64,000 nucleotides of DNA from an uncultured Bifidobacteriaceae bacterium. Its GTDB lineage: Bacteria; Bacteroidota; Bacteroidia; Chitinophagales; UBA10324. A model generated the notes under the pieces. That model saw only the letters and a list, made by a program, of their open reading frames with translations, made no database searches and was not told where the DNA came from. The stretch lies in the NCBI GenBank assembly GCA_964424455.1, contig CAYRJA010000001.1, forward strand, positions 2,887-66,886, given 5' to 3'. Position 1 is the stretch's first letter; every line of letters starts with the position of its first letter. This document shows positions 39,322-48,642 of this stretch, in pieces. A program made the position numbers and the translations under genes.

Positions 39322-40350
39322 ATGACAGCTTCAAAGCATAAACATAAATTATCGAACTTATCAAGAGTTCTGATAGCAGCAGCTTCACTTGCCACTATAG
39401 CATCATTGCTTTTCCCCTTCTGGGAAATTCATTTATGGGCGCCTCAATATCCTGAAGGATTAACGATGTATATCTGGCACAACAAACTTTCCGGCGATGT
39501 ACAAATCATTAATGGGTTGAATCACTATATCGGCATGAAAATGATTAAGCAGGAAATGTTTCCGGAGTTTAAGATACTTGGAATTTGTATAGCTGTTATT
39601 ATTCTGTGGGGTTTATTAGTTGCTGTAACAGGTTCGTTTAAGTTGCTTATCTCTCTTATTATCGCGGATGTAGTATTTGCCATCAGTGCAATGACGGATT
39701 TTTACCTTTGGGAATACGATTATGGACATAACCTGAGTCCGGAAGCAGCCATCCAGGTTCCGGGCATGACTTACCAGCCGCCGCTTATCGGATACAAAGT
39801 ACTTTTAAACTTCGAAGCATATAGCGGACCTTACATAGGAGGATGGGCGGCTATAATTGCAGGAGTTGTTTTCTTCTTAGTATTAGTTTATGAATGGAGA
39901 AAAAGACAAAAACACAATAAAATGATGACACACATATTATCTGTAACAGGATTGCTCATATTGTTCTGTTTTTCTGCATGTTCACAAAATGCAGAACCGA
40001 TTAAATACGGAAAAGACAATTGCAGCTACTGTAATATGACCATAATGAAAAAGAATTTCGGAGGAGAAATAGTAACGAAGAAAGGAAAGGTTTTCAAATT
40101 TGATGATGCAGGATGTCTGAGAGATTTTCTTGTAGAAAAAAAGATAGAGAAGGGAGAAGCAGGGAAAATCTTTATGAATGATATGGATAAAGGCGAACTG
40201 ATGGACACAGAACAATTAATTATAGTGAAGAATGATTCTTTCCGAACTCCGATGGTATCGGGTATCTTTGCGGTGAAAAAAGAAAACGCAAATGCTTACC
40301 TTGATAAAACAGGAAGCAGTGAAGTTGATATTAGTGAATGGATAAAATAG
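39322..40350 (+). CDS. single ORF encoding a nosB-like 4-5 TM membrane domain fused in frame to NosL
   Basis: 342 aa. Residues 1-200 are a polytopic membrane domain (WAPQYPEGL...NHYIGM). Residues 201-342 carry their own lipoprotein signal and NosL motifs. There is no stop codon between the two parts. Confidence 0.7.
   Translation: MTASKHKHKLSNLSRVLIAAASLATIASLLFPFWEIHLWAPQYPEGLTMYIWHNKLSGDVQIINGLNHYIGMKMIKQEMFPEFKILGICIAVIILWGLLVAVTGSFKLLISLIIADVVFAISAMTDFYLWEYDYGHNLSPEAAIQVPGMTYQPPLIGYKVLLNFEAYSGPYIGGWAAIIAGVVFFLVLVYEWRKRQKHNKMMTHILSVTGLLILFCFSACSQNAEPIKYGKDNCSYCNMTIMKKNFGGEIVTKKGKVFKFDDAGCLRDFLVEKKIEKGEAGKIFMNDMDKGELMDTEQLIIVKNDSFRTPMVSGIFAVKKENANAYLDKTGSSEVDISEWIK
39922..40350 (+). CDS. 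nosL: NosL copper-chaperone lipoprotein (possible internal start within the 39322 ORF)
   Basis: The in-frame ATG at 39922 gives MMTHILSVTGLLILFCFSAC (lipobox), then CSYCNMTI and FDDAGC NosL-type motifs. Confidence 0.6.
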   Translation: MMTHILSVTGLLILFCFSACSQNAEPIKYGKDNCSYCNMTIMKKNFGGEIVTKKGKVFKFDDAGCLRDFLVEKKIEKGEAGKIFMNDMDKGELMDTEQLIIVKNDSFRTPMVSGIFAVKKENANAYLDKTGSSEVDISEWIK

Positions 40351-41621
40351 TAAACACTTTCCAACAGCAGGCAAGGTATTTTTTCTTATTGATTCTTATT
40401 TCGTGCTGGAATTTTTTCTCTTCGGAGGCGAAACAGATTACGGTTTCAAATCATCAATCCATTAAGAAAGCTGTTACAGCAGCGGCATCAGGTGATACCA
40501 TATTCATTGCTCAGGGAACCTACCGGGAACATGGAATTGAAATAAATATTCCGCTTACCATTATTGGAGAAAAATTTCCGGTGATTGATGGAGAAGCAAA
40601 AGGACAGATTTTCACTATTCATGCAAATGATGTTACAATCAAAGGATTGCAGATTCAAAACACAGGATATTCTGCTATGAATGACCTTGCCGGAGTCAGA
40701 ACTCAGAATGTTTCCAATATAAATGTTATAGGAAATAAATTTCTGAACTGCTGCTATGCCATTTTTATTGCAGGAGGCAGCCGTTGCACAGTAGAAAATA
40801 ATTCCATTAAAGGAAACCCCATAGAACAGCAATTGGCAGGAAATGGAATTCACAGTTGGCAGAGCACACATTGTGAAATCCGCAACAATAACATTACCGG
40901 TCAGCGCGACGGAATTTATTTTGAATTTGTTTTCTTCTCGGTTATCGAAAACAACCGCAGCTATGACAATATGCGTTATGGGTTGCATTTTATGTTTAGT
41001 GATAATAACAGGTTTGAAAAAAATATTTTTGAAAGAAACGGAGCAGGAGTTGCTGTTATGTATAGCAAGTACATCACCATGCTCAATAATATTTACAGCC
41101 AGAATTGGGGAGGCAGCGCTTATGGATTATTATTGAAAGACATTAATGACAGCTATGTACTTTATAATCACTTTGAAAAGAATACGGCAGCAATTAATAT
41201 GGAGGGCTGTAACAGGAGTGTATTTCTTCATAATGATTTCATTCAGAATGGATGGGCAATGCGTGTTCAGGCAAATTGTGAGAATAATATAATCTCATTC
41301 AATAATTTTATAGGCAACACATTTGATGTGGCAACAAACGGCTCTCTTTCTTTGAATTACTATTCAAGAAATTATTGGGATAAATATGACGGATATGATT
41401 TGAATAGAGACGGTGTTGGTGATGTACCTTATCGCCCAGTCAGCGTGTTCAGCATGATAAGTGAAAATATACCCGAGAGCATGATTATGATGCAGAGTTT
41501 TTCAGTAATGCTTTTAGATAAAGTGGAAAGAGTGCTGCCCGGCATCATTCCCGAAGGATTGATTGATAACTTACCATTGATGAAAAAAAATAATAATGCT
41601 TATCCGGATTCAAAATCTTAA
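40338..41621 (+). CDS. nosD: NosD periplasmic beta-helix protein
   Basis: 427 aa. Signal peptide, repeated parallel beta-helix units (NxIxGN...), position between nosL and nosF. Overlaps nosL by 13 nt. Confidence 0.9.
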   Translation: MDKIVNTFQQQARYFFLLILISCWNFFSSEAKQITVSNHQSIKKAVTAAASGDTIFIAQGTYREHGIEINIPLTIIGEKFPVIDGEAKGQIFTIHANDVTIKGLQIQNTGYSAMNDLAGVRTQNVSNINVIGNKFLNCCYAIFIAGGSRCTVENNSIKGNPIEQQLAGNGIHSWQSTHCEIRNNNITGQRDGIYFEFVFFSVIENNRSYDNMRYGLHFMFSDNNRFEKNIFERNGAGVAVMYSKYITMLNNIYSQNWGGSAYGLLLKDINDSYVLYNHFEKNTAAINMEGCNRSVFLHNDFIQNGWAMRVQANCENNIISFNNFIGNTFDVATNGSLSLNYYSRNYWDKYDGYDLNRDGVGDVPYRPVSVFSMISENIPESMIMMQSFSVMLLDKVERVLPGIIPEGLIDNLPLMKKNNNAYPDSKS

Positions 41622-42309
41622 CAAAAGTTTTCGCAGACTGCAGGTATTGAAAGATGTTACAGTTTCTTTTGATGTAAACCAGTCTGTTGCGATAGTAGGA
41701 CCCAATGGCTCGGGTAAAACCACACTTATTAAGACTATACTGGGAATGGTAATCCCTGACAGTGGCGAGATTAAAGTGAATGAAAAAAAAATCTACCGTA
41801 ATTTTCATTACCGGCAGTCAATCGGTTATATGCCGCAGATAGGAAGGTATCCTGAGAATACAACAATTGGGCAAATCTTCCGGATGATAAAAGATATACG
41901 GCAGCACAACGGTTCACCGCTCGATGAAGAATTAATAGAGGCATATCAATTGCCTTCCCTGTTTAACAAACGGATGAGGACACTTTCGGGCGGAACAAGG
42001 CAGAAAGTAAGCGCTGCGCTCGCATTCCTTTTTAATCCTCCTATATTAATCCTGGATGAACCCACAGCAGGACTTGATCCGCTAAGCGCTGAAATTCTGA
42101 AAGAAAAAATTCTGAAGGAAAGAAGTCACAATAAACTTATACTGATTACATCGCATATAATGAGCGATCTGGACGAACTGAGTTCGCACATACTTTATAT
42201 GCTTGAGGGTAATCTGCAATTTTTTAAATCTGTTGAAGATTTAAGAAAAGAAACAGAAGAAGAGCGGTTAGGGAAGATAATGGCAAAATTAATGATGCAT
42301 AAATCCTGA
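41596..42309 (+). CDS. nosF: NosF ABC-transporter ATPase
   Basis: 237 aa. Walker A GPNGSGKTT, signature LSGGTRQK, Walker B LILDEPT. Overlaps nosD by 26 nt. Confidence 0.9.
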   Translation: MLIRIQNLNKSFRRLQVLKDVTVSFDVNQSVAIVGPNGSGKTTLIKTILGMVIPDSGEIKVNEKKIYRNFHYRQSIGYMPQIGRYPENTTIGQIFRMIKDIRQHNGSPLDEELIEAYQLPSLFNKRMRTLSGGTRQKVSAALAFLFNPPILILDEPTAGLDPLSAEILKEKILKERSHNKLILITSHIMSDLDELSSHILYMLEGNLQFFKSVEDLRKETEEERLGKIMAKLMMHKS

Positions 42310-42391
42310 TTTGCCATTAGGAAAAAGAAAATTAAACAGGATATTTCAGAGAGGGATTTTTTGAAATATTCGGGACAACAATAAAGATAGA

Positions 42392-43156
42392 ATGAAACTA
42401 CTGAAATACATATTTTTTGATTTAGTGCGCAGCCGGTTTGTACTGTTTTATTTCCTGCTGTTGCTGATTTTCACCGGAACATTCCTGCTGTTACAGGAGG
42501 ACGCTGCCAAAGTTCAGTTGAGTTTGCTGAATATCATTATTCTGATTGTTCCCCTGGTCAGTGTCATCTTTGCTACGATTCACTGGTACAACTCATCTGA
42601 GTTTATTGAAGTGCTGCTTGCTCAACCAGTCAGCAGAAAAAAAATTTTTATCAGCGAATTATTAGCGTTAAGTCTTGCGGTAGGAGGAGCTTTTGTGCTG
42701 GCAACAGGTTTTCCGCTGCTGTTGTTTTATCCTGACATTGTTTCAGTCCTTCTGATTGTTGCAGGATTCTTTCTTACTGTCATATTTATTGCATTGGCTT
42801 TCTGGGCGGCGGTTTTTACCAGAGATAAAGCAAAAGGAATCGGATTGAGTTTGGTACTATGGCTTTACTTCTCTCTTATTTATGACGGGTTGGTGCTGAT
42901 GCTGATGTTCAACCTGAGCGATTATCCGATTAGTAAGGCGGTGGTAGCGCTCCTTTCGCTCAACCCCGTTGATATGGCAAGAGTAATGGTGCTGATGAAA
43001 ATGAATATGAATGCTATGCTCGGGTACAGCGGAGCAGTGTTTACTGAGTTTTTAGGCAGCACTGTCGGATTGGTTTATTCAGGCATATTGCTTTTCATCT
43101 GGGCTTTAGTGCCTTTCTGGTGGGCGCTAAAAAGATTTTCACATAAGGATTTGTAA
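42392..43156 (+). CDS. nosY: NosY ABC-2-type permease
   Basis: 254 aa with six TM helices, located after nosF. Confidence 0.85.
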   Translation: MKLLKYIFFDLVRSRFVLFYFLLLLIFTGTFLLLQEDAAKVQLSLLNIIILIVPLVSVIFATIHWYNSSEFIEVLLAQPVSRKKIFISELLALSLAVGGAFVLATGFPLLLFYPDIVSVLLIVAGFFLTVIFIALAFWAAVFTRDKAKGIGLSLVLWLYFSLIYDGLVLMLMFNLSDYPISKAVVALLSLNPVDMARVMVLMKMNMNAMLGYSGAVFTEFLGSTVGLVYSGILLFIWALVPFWWALKRFSHKDL

Positions 43157-43159
43157 CAG

Positions 43160-44413
43160 ATGGATAACAAGCAAACTTTCGTAAAGAGATTTTATGTTGC
43201 CTTGTTCAATCTGTTGCTGGCTGCTTCAGTTGGTACCATCCTGCGTTATGTGTTTATTCACCCCCTGAAAATAGTAGATGATTTTCGTTATGTACTTCAT
43301 GCACATTCACATGTTGCAATGATGGGATGGGGGTTTATGGCACTGTTCGGTTGCCTGTTGTATTCTTTCTCACCTGAAACTTCAGGAAAGAAAATTTATC
43401 ATATTCTTTTCTGGACGTGTGAGGTAATTATTCTAATCTTACTCGTTAATTTCTGGGTGAATGGCTATGATGTTACAAGCATTGTTTTATCGACAGGTTA
43501 TATTGTTATCACCTTTATTTTCTCCATCCGCCTTTTTCGTGATATAAGGAGGAAAGAAAATGTAAAGAATAAACTAAGTATTCACCTGTTGTGTATTTCA
43601 CTTTTTTTCCTGTGCCTTTCTGCAATTGGTATTATGGGTATGGCTCCAACAATGATGTTCATGCAAGGTTCGCTGAAAATACTTTTTTATTATTTAACGG
43701 TACAGTTCTACATGCATTTTCAATACAACGGATGGTTCATATTTGCATGCCTTGCTTTATTTTTCACAATGAAGAAGAATGATGCGGCTGTTATAGAACA
43801 TAAGAACTCTTTAATGGTTGTTTACCTGTTTGCATTCAGTACTGTTGTAGCATTCTGTTTCGATGTATTCTGGGCGTTTCCACACTATCCTGTATTTCTG
43901 AATCTGTCAGTTGTAGTTGCGGTCATCCAGTTGATTATGACTGTAACATTATTTGTAATTAATAAAGATTTAGTGAAAGCTATTTGGGGAGGATTAAGAT
44001 ATGGTGTGAAAATACTTTTCCTGATTTCCTTTATTGCTCTTATGTTAAAGGAGCTGATACAAATAATAATCATTTATCCCGGAATGGCTCAAACTGTTTT
44101 TGTACTTCGCAGTTATGTGATAGCTTACCTGCACCTGATATTTCTGGGTATTACAACTGTTTTTCTTTTGGGTTATGCCTGGCAGAATGGAGCTTTAGTT
44201 ATTCAATCAACATTCACAAAATTCGCTATCATATTAATTATCAGTTGCATCTTCTTAATTGAGTTAGCGCTTGCTATCATGGGTACTTTATCGTGGGCAG
44301 GAAAGTATAACCCACCATATATGTATGTATTCATTTTTGCTTTCTCCCTTTCTATTGTCATAGGTATTATTATACTTCTTCTGCTGAACAGAAAAAAAAG
44401 AATAAACGAATAA
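43160..44413 (+). CDS. uncharacterised polytopic membrane protein, last gene of the nos operon
   Basis: 417 aa with about 12 TM helices. His cluster LHAHSHVAMMGWGF in an early helix. The ATG lies 3 nt after the nosY stop. Confidence 0.6.
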   Translation: MDNKQTFVKRFYVALFNLLLAASVGTILRYVFIHPLKIVDDFRYVLHAHSHVAMMGWGFMALFGCLLYSFSPETSGKKIYHILFWTCEVIILILLVNFWVNGYDVTSIVLSTGYIVITFIFSIRLFRDIRRKENVKNKLSIHLLCISLFFLCLSAIGIMGMAPTMMFMQGSLKILFYYLTVQFYMHFQYNGWFIFACLALFFTMKKNDAAVIEHKNSLMVVYLFAFSTVVAFCFDVFWAFPHYPVFLNLSVVVAVIQLIMTVTLFVINKDLVKAIWGGLRYGVKILFLISFIALMLKELIQIIIIYPGMAQTVFVLRSYVIAYLHLIFLGITTVFLLGYAWQNGALVIQSTFTKFAIILIISCIFLIELALAIMGTLSWAGKYNPPYMYVFIFAFSLSIVIGIIILLLLNRKKRINE

Positions 44414-44429
44414 CCGTACCGTCTGACGG

Positions 44430-45212
44430 CTATTCCTGCCGCCTGAATGTATATACAACCCCCATAGACAGTTTGAATAGCGGCAAGGCAAGCTGTGAAG
44501 AAGTGTTTACACTGAAATAAGCATCAGAATTAATAGTGGGAATTATTGCTCCGAACTGTAACACCCCTTTCAGGTTTTTTCCTCCCGCTTTCATTGTAAC
44601 AGCGGGTTCAAGATTCACGAAATAGAGAGAAGTATTGCTATGATACTGAAACTCGGTGTTCCAGAATTTAAACTCATTGTAGAGATGGGCATAAATATGA
44701 TACAACTGAACATAATTTCCTCTCAGATCAAAAGCAATATCAAAATTCTCACTGGTGTATCCGATTCCGGGTTGAAGGAAAATATTGGAGTACTTCGCAC
44801 TCACTTCAGGATTGGAAGTTTTGTCTATCCGGTCTTTAGTAGAACCAAAGCCGCCTCCGCCGTAACATTGAAACAGCCCATGTTTTTCTTTACCAAATGT
44901 TATAAAATATCCCGCTCCAGCCTCTCCGGAAAATATATTCAGTTTCTCAATACCTGAATCAGGAATACTCAGGGTGCTGGTGCGGCGGGTGTGGTACATA
45001 CCGTTAGCTAAAACTCCGATATGGTTTGTCAGAGCATAACAAGTCTGGAAATTCAACAATCCACTACCCGACACGCCTAATGCTCCCCCTGCTTTCAGTT
45101 CTCCTTTTTCTTTCAACAGCGGAGAATGGATCGTGTTCGGTTTGTAAAGAGTTACACAACCCGAAAGCAAAACTGACATCACAAAAAGAACTGCCTGAGT
45201 TGTGTTTTTCAT
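44430..45212 (-). CDS. outer-membrane beta-barrel lipoprotein, hypothetical
   Basis: 260 aa. Lipobox LLSGC, alternating beta-strand pattern, C-terminal aromatic VVYTFRRQE. Confidence 0.5.
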   Translation of the reverse strand: MKNTTQAVLFVMSVLLSGCVTLYKPNTIHSPLLKEKGELKAGGALGVSGSGLLNFQTCYALTNHIGVLANGMYHTRRTSTLSIPDSGIEKLNIFSGEAGAGYFITFGKEKHGLFQCYGGGGFGSTKDRIDKTSNPEVSAKYSNIFLQPGIGYTSENFDIAFDLRGNYVQLYHIYAHLYNEFKFWNTEFQYHSNTSLYFVNLEPAVTMKAGGKNLKGVLQFGAIIPTINSDAYFSVNTSSQLALPLFKLSMGVVYTFRRQE

Positions 45213-45264
45213 GCTGTTGCCGGCTTATTTATTATCAGCGCTATTGTCTGCAAGTAAACTCAGA

Positions 45265-46158
45265 TTAAGATGATTTGCGGCTACGCTTTGTTTTAGCCGG
45301 TGATTTTTTAGTGCGTTGAGTATAATCCTTTTCATGCAGCACCAGCACAGGTACAGAAGTGTGGTAAATCATTTGTTCTGTTACACTCCCTTTCATGAAC
45401 AGTCGGTTAAACAAACTCTTTTTACGAGGGAGCATTACCAATACACTTGCTTTGTTCTTAGTCAGAAATGTGCTGATGCCACTGGCGATTTCAATATCAG
45501 CAACAACAGCTCCTGTTATTTTTTTATAAGGAAATTGCTTTTTGATTTTCTTTATTGCATCATTAAATTTTACATCATTATCTGCAAACACCTTATTGTT
45601 GACATTGAGAAAGATAATTTCTGATTTAGCTTTTTTTGCCACAGGAATCAACTCTTTAATATGTTCAATATTATCTTTTAGTAAATCGGTGGCATATACT
45701 ATTGTATTCAGCCCGCTGTAATTTGCATTGTGCGGAACAGCCAGCGCCATACACGGAGCATTGCGCATAATTTTCCATGCATTAGTGCCGAATAAAACTG
45801 TTTCTAAGAAACCTTTTCCTTTGGCTCCTGTTACAATTAAATCTACTTTCTTTTCTTTTGCCAGATCCCTGATTTGCGAAGCAACTACACCGGCTTTCAG
45901 TACCGGAATAATTTTAACCCCTACTGCATATTTTTTAATTGAAGTATAATAGGTTTTCAGATCCTTTTCTGCGGCATCATAAAGTGCAGCATAGTTTAAC
46001 CGCATATTGGTTAATGCTCCATCATAACCGAGATCAGGCACATCAAATATATGTGTGAGAAGAATGGTTGATTTAAAGTCTTTGGCAAGCGCTATCGCAT
46101 ACCGGCAGGCATTGTCTGCCGCTTTCGAAAAATCGGTGGTGACAAGAATAGTTTTCAT
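45265..46158 (-). CDS. tandem universal stress protein (UspA) domains
   Basis: 297 aa. Two USP units (MKTILVTTDFS...LIVTGAKGKG and NTIVYATDL...VPVLVL). Confidence 0.85.
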   Translation of the reverse strand: MKTILVTTDFSKAADNACRYAIALAKDFKSTILLTHIFDVPDLGYDGALTNMRLNYAALYDAAEKDLKTYYTSIKKYAVGVKIIPVLKAGVVASQIRDLAKEKKVDLIVTGAKGKGFLETVLFGTNAWKIMRNAPCMALAVPHNANYSGLNTIVYATDLLKDNIEHIKELIPVAKKAKSEIIFLNVNNKVFADNDVKFNDAIKKIKKQFPYKKITGAVVADIEIASGISTFLTKNKASVLVMLPRKKSLFNRLFMKGSVTEQMIYHTSVPVLVLHEKDYTQRTKKSPAKTKRSRKSS

Positions 46159-46294
46159 AGTGTAGTGTTACAGTTGAGTGAATGATTAACTTTTATTCTC
46201 GTTTATTAATTGCTTTTATAAGTATCAAAATTAACAATCACAAGATAGGTAGGAGTTATTAATACAACAAGAGGTTTATGCTCATATCATACGT

Positions 46295-48508
46295 TCAGGT
46301 AAGCAAACCCAACAAAGACAGCAGTGTCCGTGGCGATTTCAGGTTGTAACGAGCAGAGGAAATACCCGCACCGACCTTTAAAGTCCACGCTTCTGAATTT
46401 TTCATTACACTGAACATATCTTCATCTGTTCGATCATCACCAACACAAAAGATAAAATCATACTTCTTCTCGGACAGGATTCTTGTAACAGCCTTGCCTT
46501 TATCTGCTTCCAGACTCCGGAGTTCCACCACTTTATTGCCATTAATCACCTGAACATTCACGTTTTTAAAAACATCGCTTAGTTCGCTGAATAATTCCTT
46601 TGCACGCATATCTCCCAGATTATTATCAGCTTTCCGGTAATGCCATCCGATTGAAAATTCCTTTTCTTCTACAAATGCCCCGGCACAACGTTGTTCATAA
46701 GAGTGCATAATCTCTAACGCTTTCGTTTTCCATCCAATAAAAGAACTGATGGTATTCACCCATTTTTCTCCCTTCCGCTTAATACGGGCACCGTGTTCTG
46801 CAATCAGATGGATAGGCAACGCTCCAAACCATTGCTCTAATGTTTTTATGCTTCTACCACTCACGATGAATACATCATTGCGGGAAGATGCAGTCAGCCG
46901 TTTCAATACCTGTATTAACTCTGCAGTAGGAGCAGCTTTCTCCGGGTTATCTGCAAATTCTACAAGTGTTCCATCATAGTCCAGTAGCAGCAGCCGGTGT
47001 TTTGCCCCGATATAAGCAGCTATTAATTTCATCTTCTTCCAAATGCTAAGACGCTGAACCGAAAATTGGTTTTGCTGTCTGTGTATGTTCCGCAACTGTG
47101 ACAGAAAATCTTCCGCCCATCGTTTTACATCATAATTTTTTATCCGTTGCTGCATATTGTTTAGTCTGAACTCCTGCTCCTGTTCAGGCATACTCAACGC
47201 TTGACGGATTTTCAATACCATATCTTCTTTATCTATCGGATTTACTATCAATGATTCGCCTAATTCGCTGGCTGCACCGGCCATTTCACTCAGTATCAGT
47301 ACACCATGTTTGTCTTTGCGGCTTGCTACAAATTCTTTTGCCACCAGATTCATCCCATCTCGTATCGGCGTAATCAGCGCAAGATCGCAAGCAGTATAAA
47401 AAGCGGATAGCTCTGTAAATTCAAGATGGGCATAACGATAAATCAGCGGTTGCCATGTCAGTGTTCCGTAAATACTGTTAATGTTTCCAACCGCTTCATT
47501 TATCATTCTTTTTCGTTCGGAATATTTATCAATAGATATGCGGGAAGGAACAATAATGAGAATGAACACTACTTTTCCTCTGTATTCGGGATATTCGTCC
47601 ATTAATGTTTTGTATGCAGAAAGCCGGTAGCTGATGCCTTTTGTATAATCAAGCCGGTCAACAGAAAAGATGATTTTACTACCTGTAAATTTCTGTAACA
47701 GTTCTTTCCTTTGTTTTTCAATTTCAGGATAATCATAAGCTGAATTGAATTTTTCAAAATCAATACTGATAGGGAAAATATCAATTTTTACCAACCTGTT
47801 TTCAAAACGAATAATACGCTGATCATCCTCATACCCCATAATCCGCTGTACAGATTTCAGAAAGTGCATAGCAAAATCATTTGTATGAAACCCGACGATA
47901 TCTGCGCCCAGCATCCCTTCCAGCAAAGCGTGTCCCCATTTGTGAGGAATCAGCCGGAAGATTTCATAAGAAGGAAACGGGATATGCAGAAAAAAGCCGA
48001 TGGGTGTTCCCGGATTTTTCTCACGAAGCATTTTTGGGAGCAGCAGTAAATGATAGTCATGAATCCACACTACATCGTCCGGACCCGCGTGTTTGGATAG
48101 CACTTCTGCAAAACTTCTATTGGCAGCAGTATAGTGCTTTAAATTATCCGAGCTGTATTCAGCAAAGGAAGTAAAATAGTGAAACAGAGGCCATATAACA
48201 GTGTTGGAAAATCCATCGTAATAACCGCGATATACTTTCTTATCAATAAAAACGGGAAGATAGGAAAACGATTCCTGCTTCAATCGTTTGTGAAAAATTT
48301 TCCAATCTTCTTCCGTACACCCCGGACAGCCGCACCAGATTACTTCAGAAAACATTTCTGCCTTTATTGTTTCATCATGTTGTAAGAAACTGTTCATAGC
48401 GGAAACCAATCCTCCTGAAGAGGATTTTATTTCAGGGCCGTTTGCTCCTCTTATAAAATTTACGGGCAACCTGTTAGAAACGATGAAGAGTTTTCCTTTT
48501 TTACTCAT
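46295..48508 (-). CDS. bifunctional trehalose-6-phosphate synthase / phosphatase (OtsA-OtsB fusion)
   Basis: 737 aa. N-terminal GT20 domain ([27 protein letters not shown]) and C-terminal HAD phosphatase ([19 protein letters not shown]). Confidence 0.92.
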   Translation of the reverse strand: MSKKGKLFIVSNRLPVNFIRGANGPEIKSSSGGLVSAMNSFLQHDETIKAEMFSEVIWCGCPGCTEEDWKIFHKRLKQESFSYLPVFIDKKVYRGYYDGFSNTVIWPLFHYFTSFAEYSSDNLKHYTAANRSFAEVLSKHAGPDDVVWIHDYHLLLLPKMLREKNPGTPIGFFLHIPFPSYEIFRLIPHKWGHALLEGMLGADIVGFHTNDFAMHFLKSVQRIMGYEDDQRIIRFENRLVKIDIFPISIDFEKFNSAYDYPEIEKQRKELLQKFTGSKIIFSVDRLDYTKGISYRLSAYKTLMDEYPEYRGKVVFILIIVPSRISIDKYSERKRMINEAVGNINSIYGTLTWQPLIYRYAHLEFTELSAFYTACDLALITPIRDGMNLVAKEFVASRKDKHGVLILSEMAGAASELGESLIVNPIDKEDMVLKIRQALSMPEQEQEFRLNNMQQRIKNYDVKRWAEDFLSQLRNIHRQQNQFSVQRLSIWKKMKLIAAYIGAKHRLLLLDYDGTLVEFADNPEKAAPTAELIQVLKRLTASSRNDVFIVSGRSIKTLEQWFGALPIHLIAEHGARIKRKGEKWVNTISSFIGWKTKALEIMHSYEQRCAGAFVEEKEFSIGWHYRKADNNLGDMRAKELFSELSDVFKNVNVQVINGNKVVELRSLEADKGKAVTRILSEKKYDFIFCVGDDRTDEDMFSVMKNSEAWTLKVGAGISSARYNLKSPRTLLSLLGLLT

Positions 48509-48642
48509 TTGAAAAATATGCTGCTGGTATATAATAAATTGAATACTGCTTCTTGCAATTGACTAAAGATACTATTTTAAACCTGTTTCTCATTTTACTG
48601 TTCATCAACCGATAAATTTTAAGAAAGAAAATCTTCCGGGTG

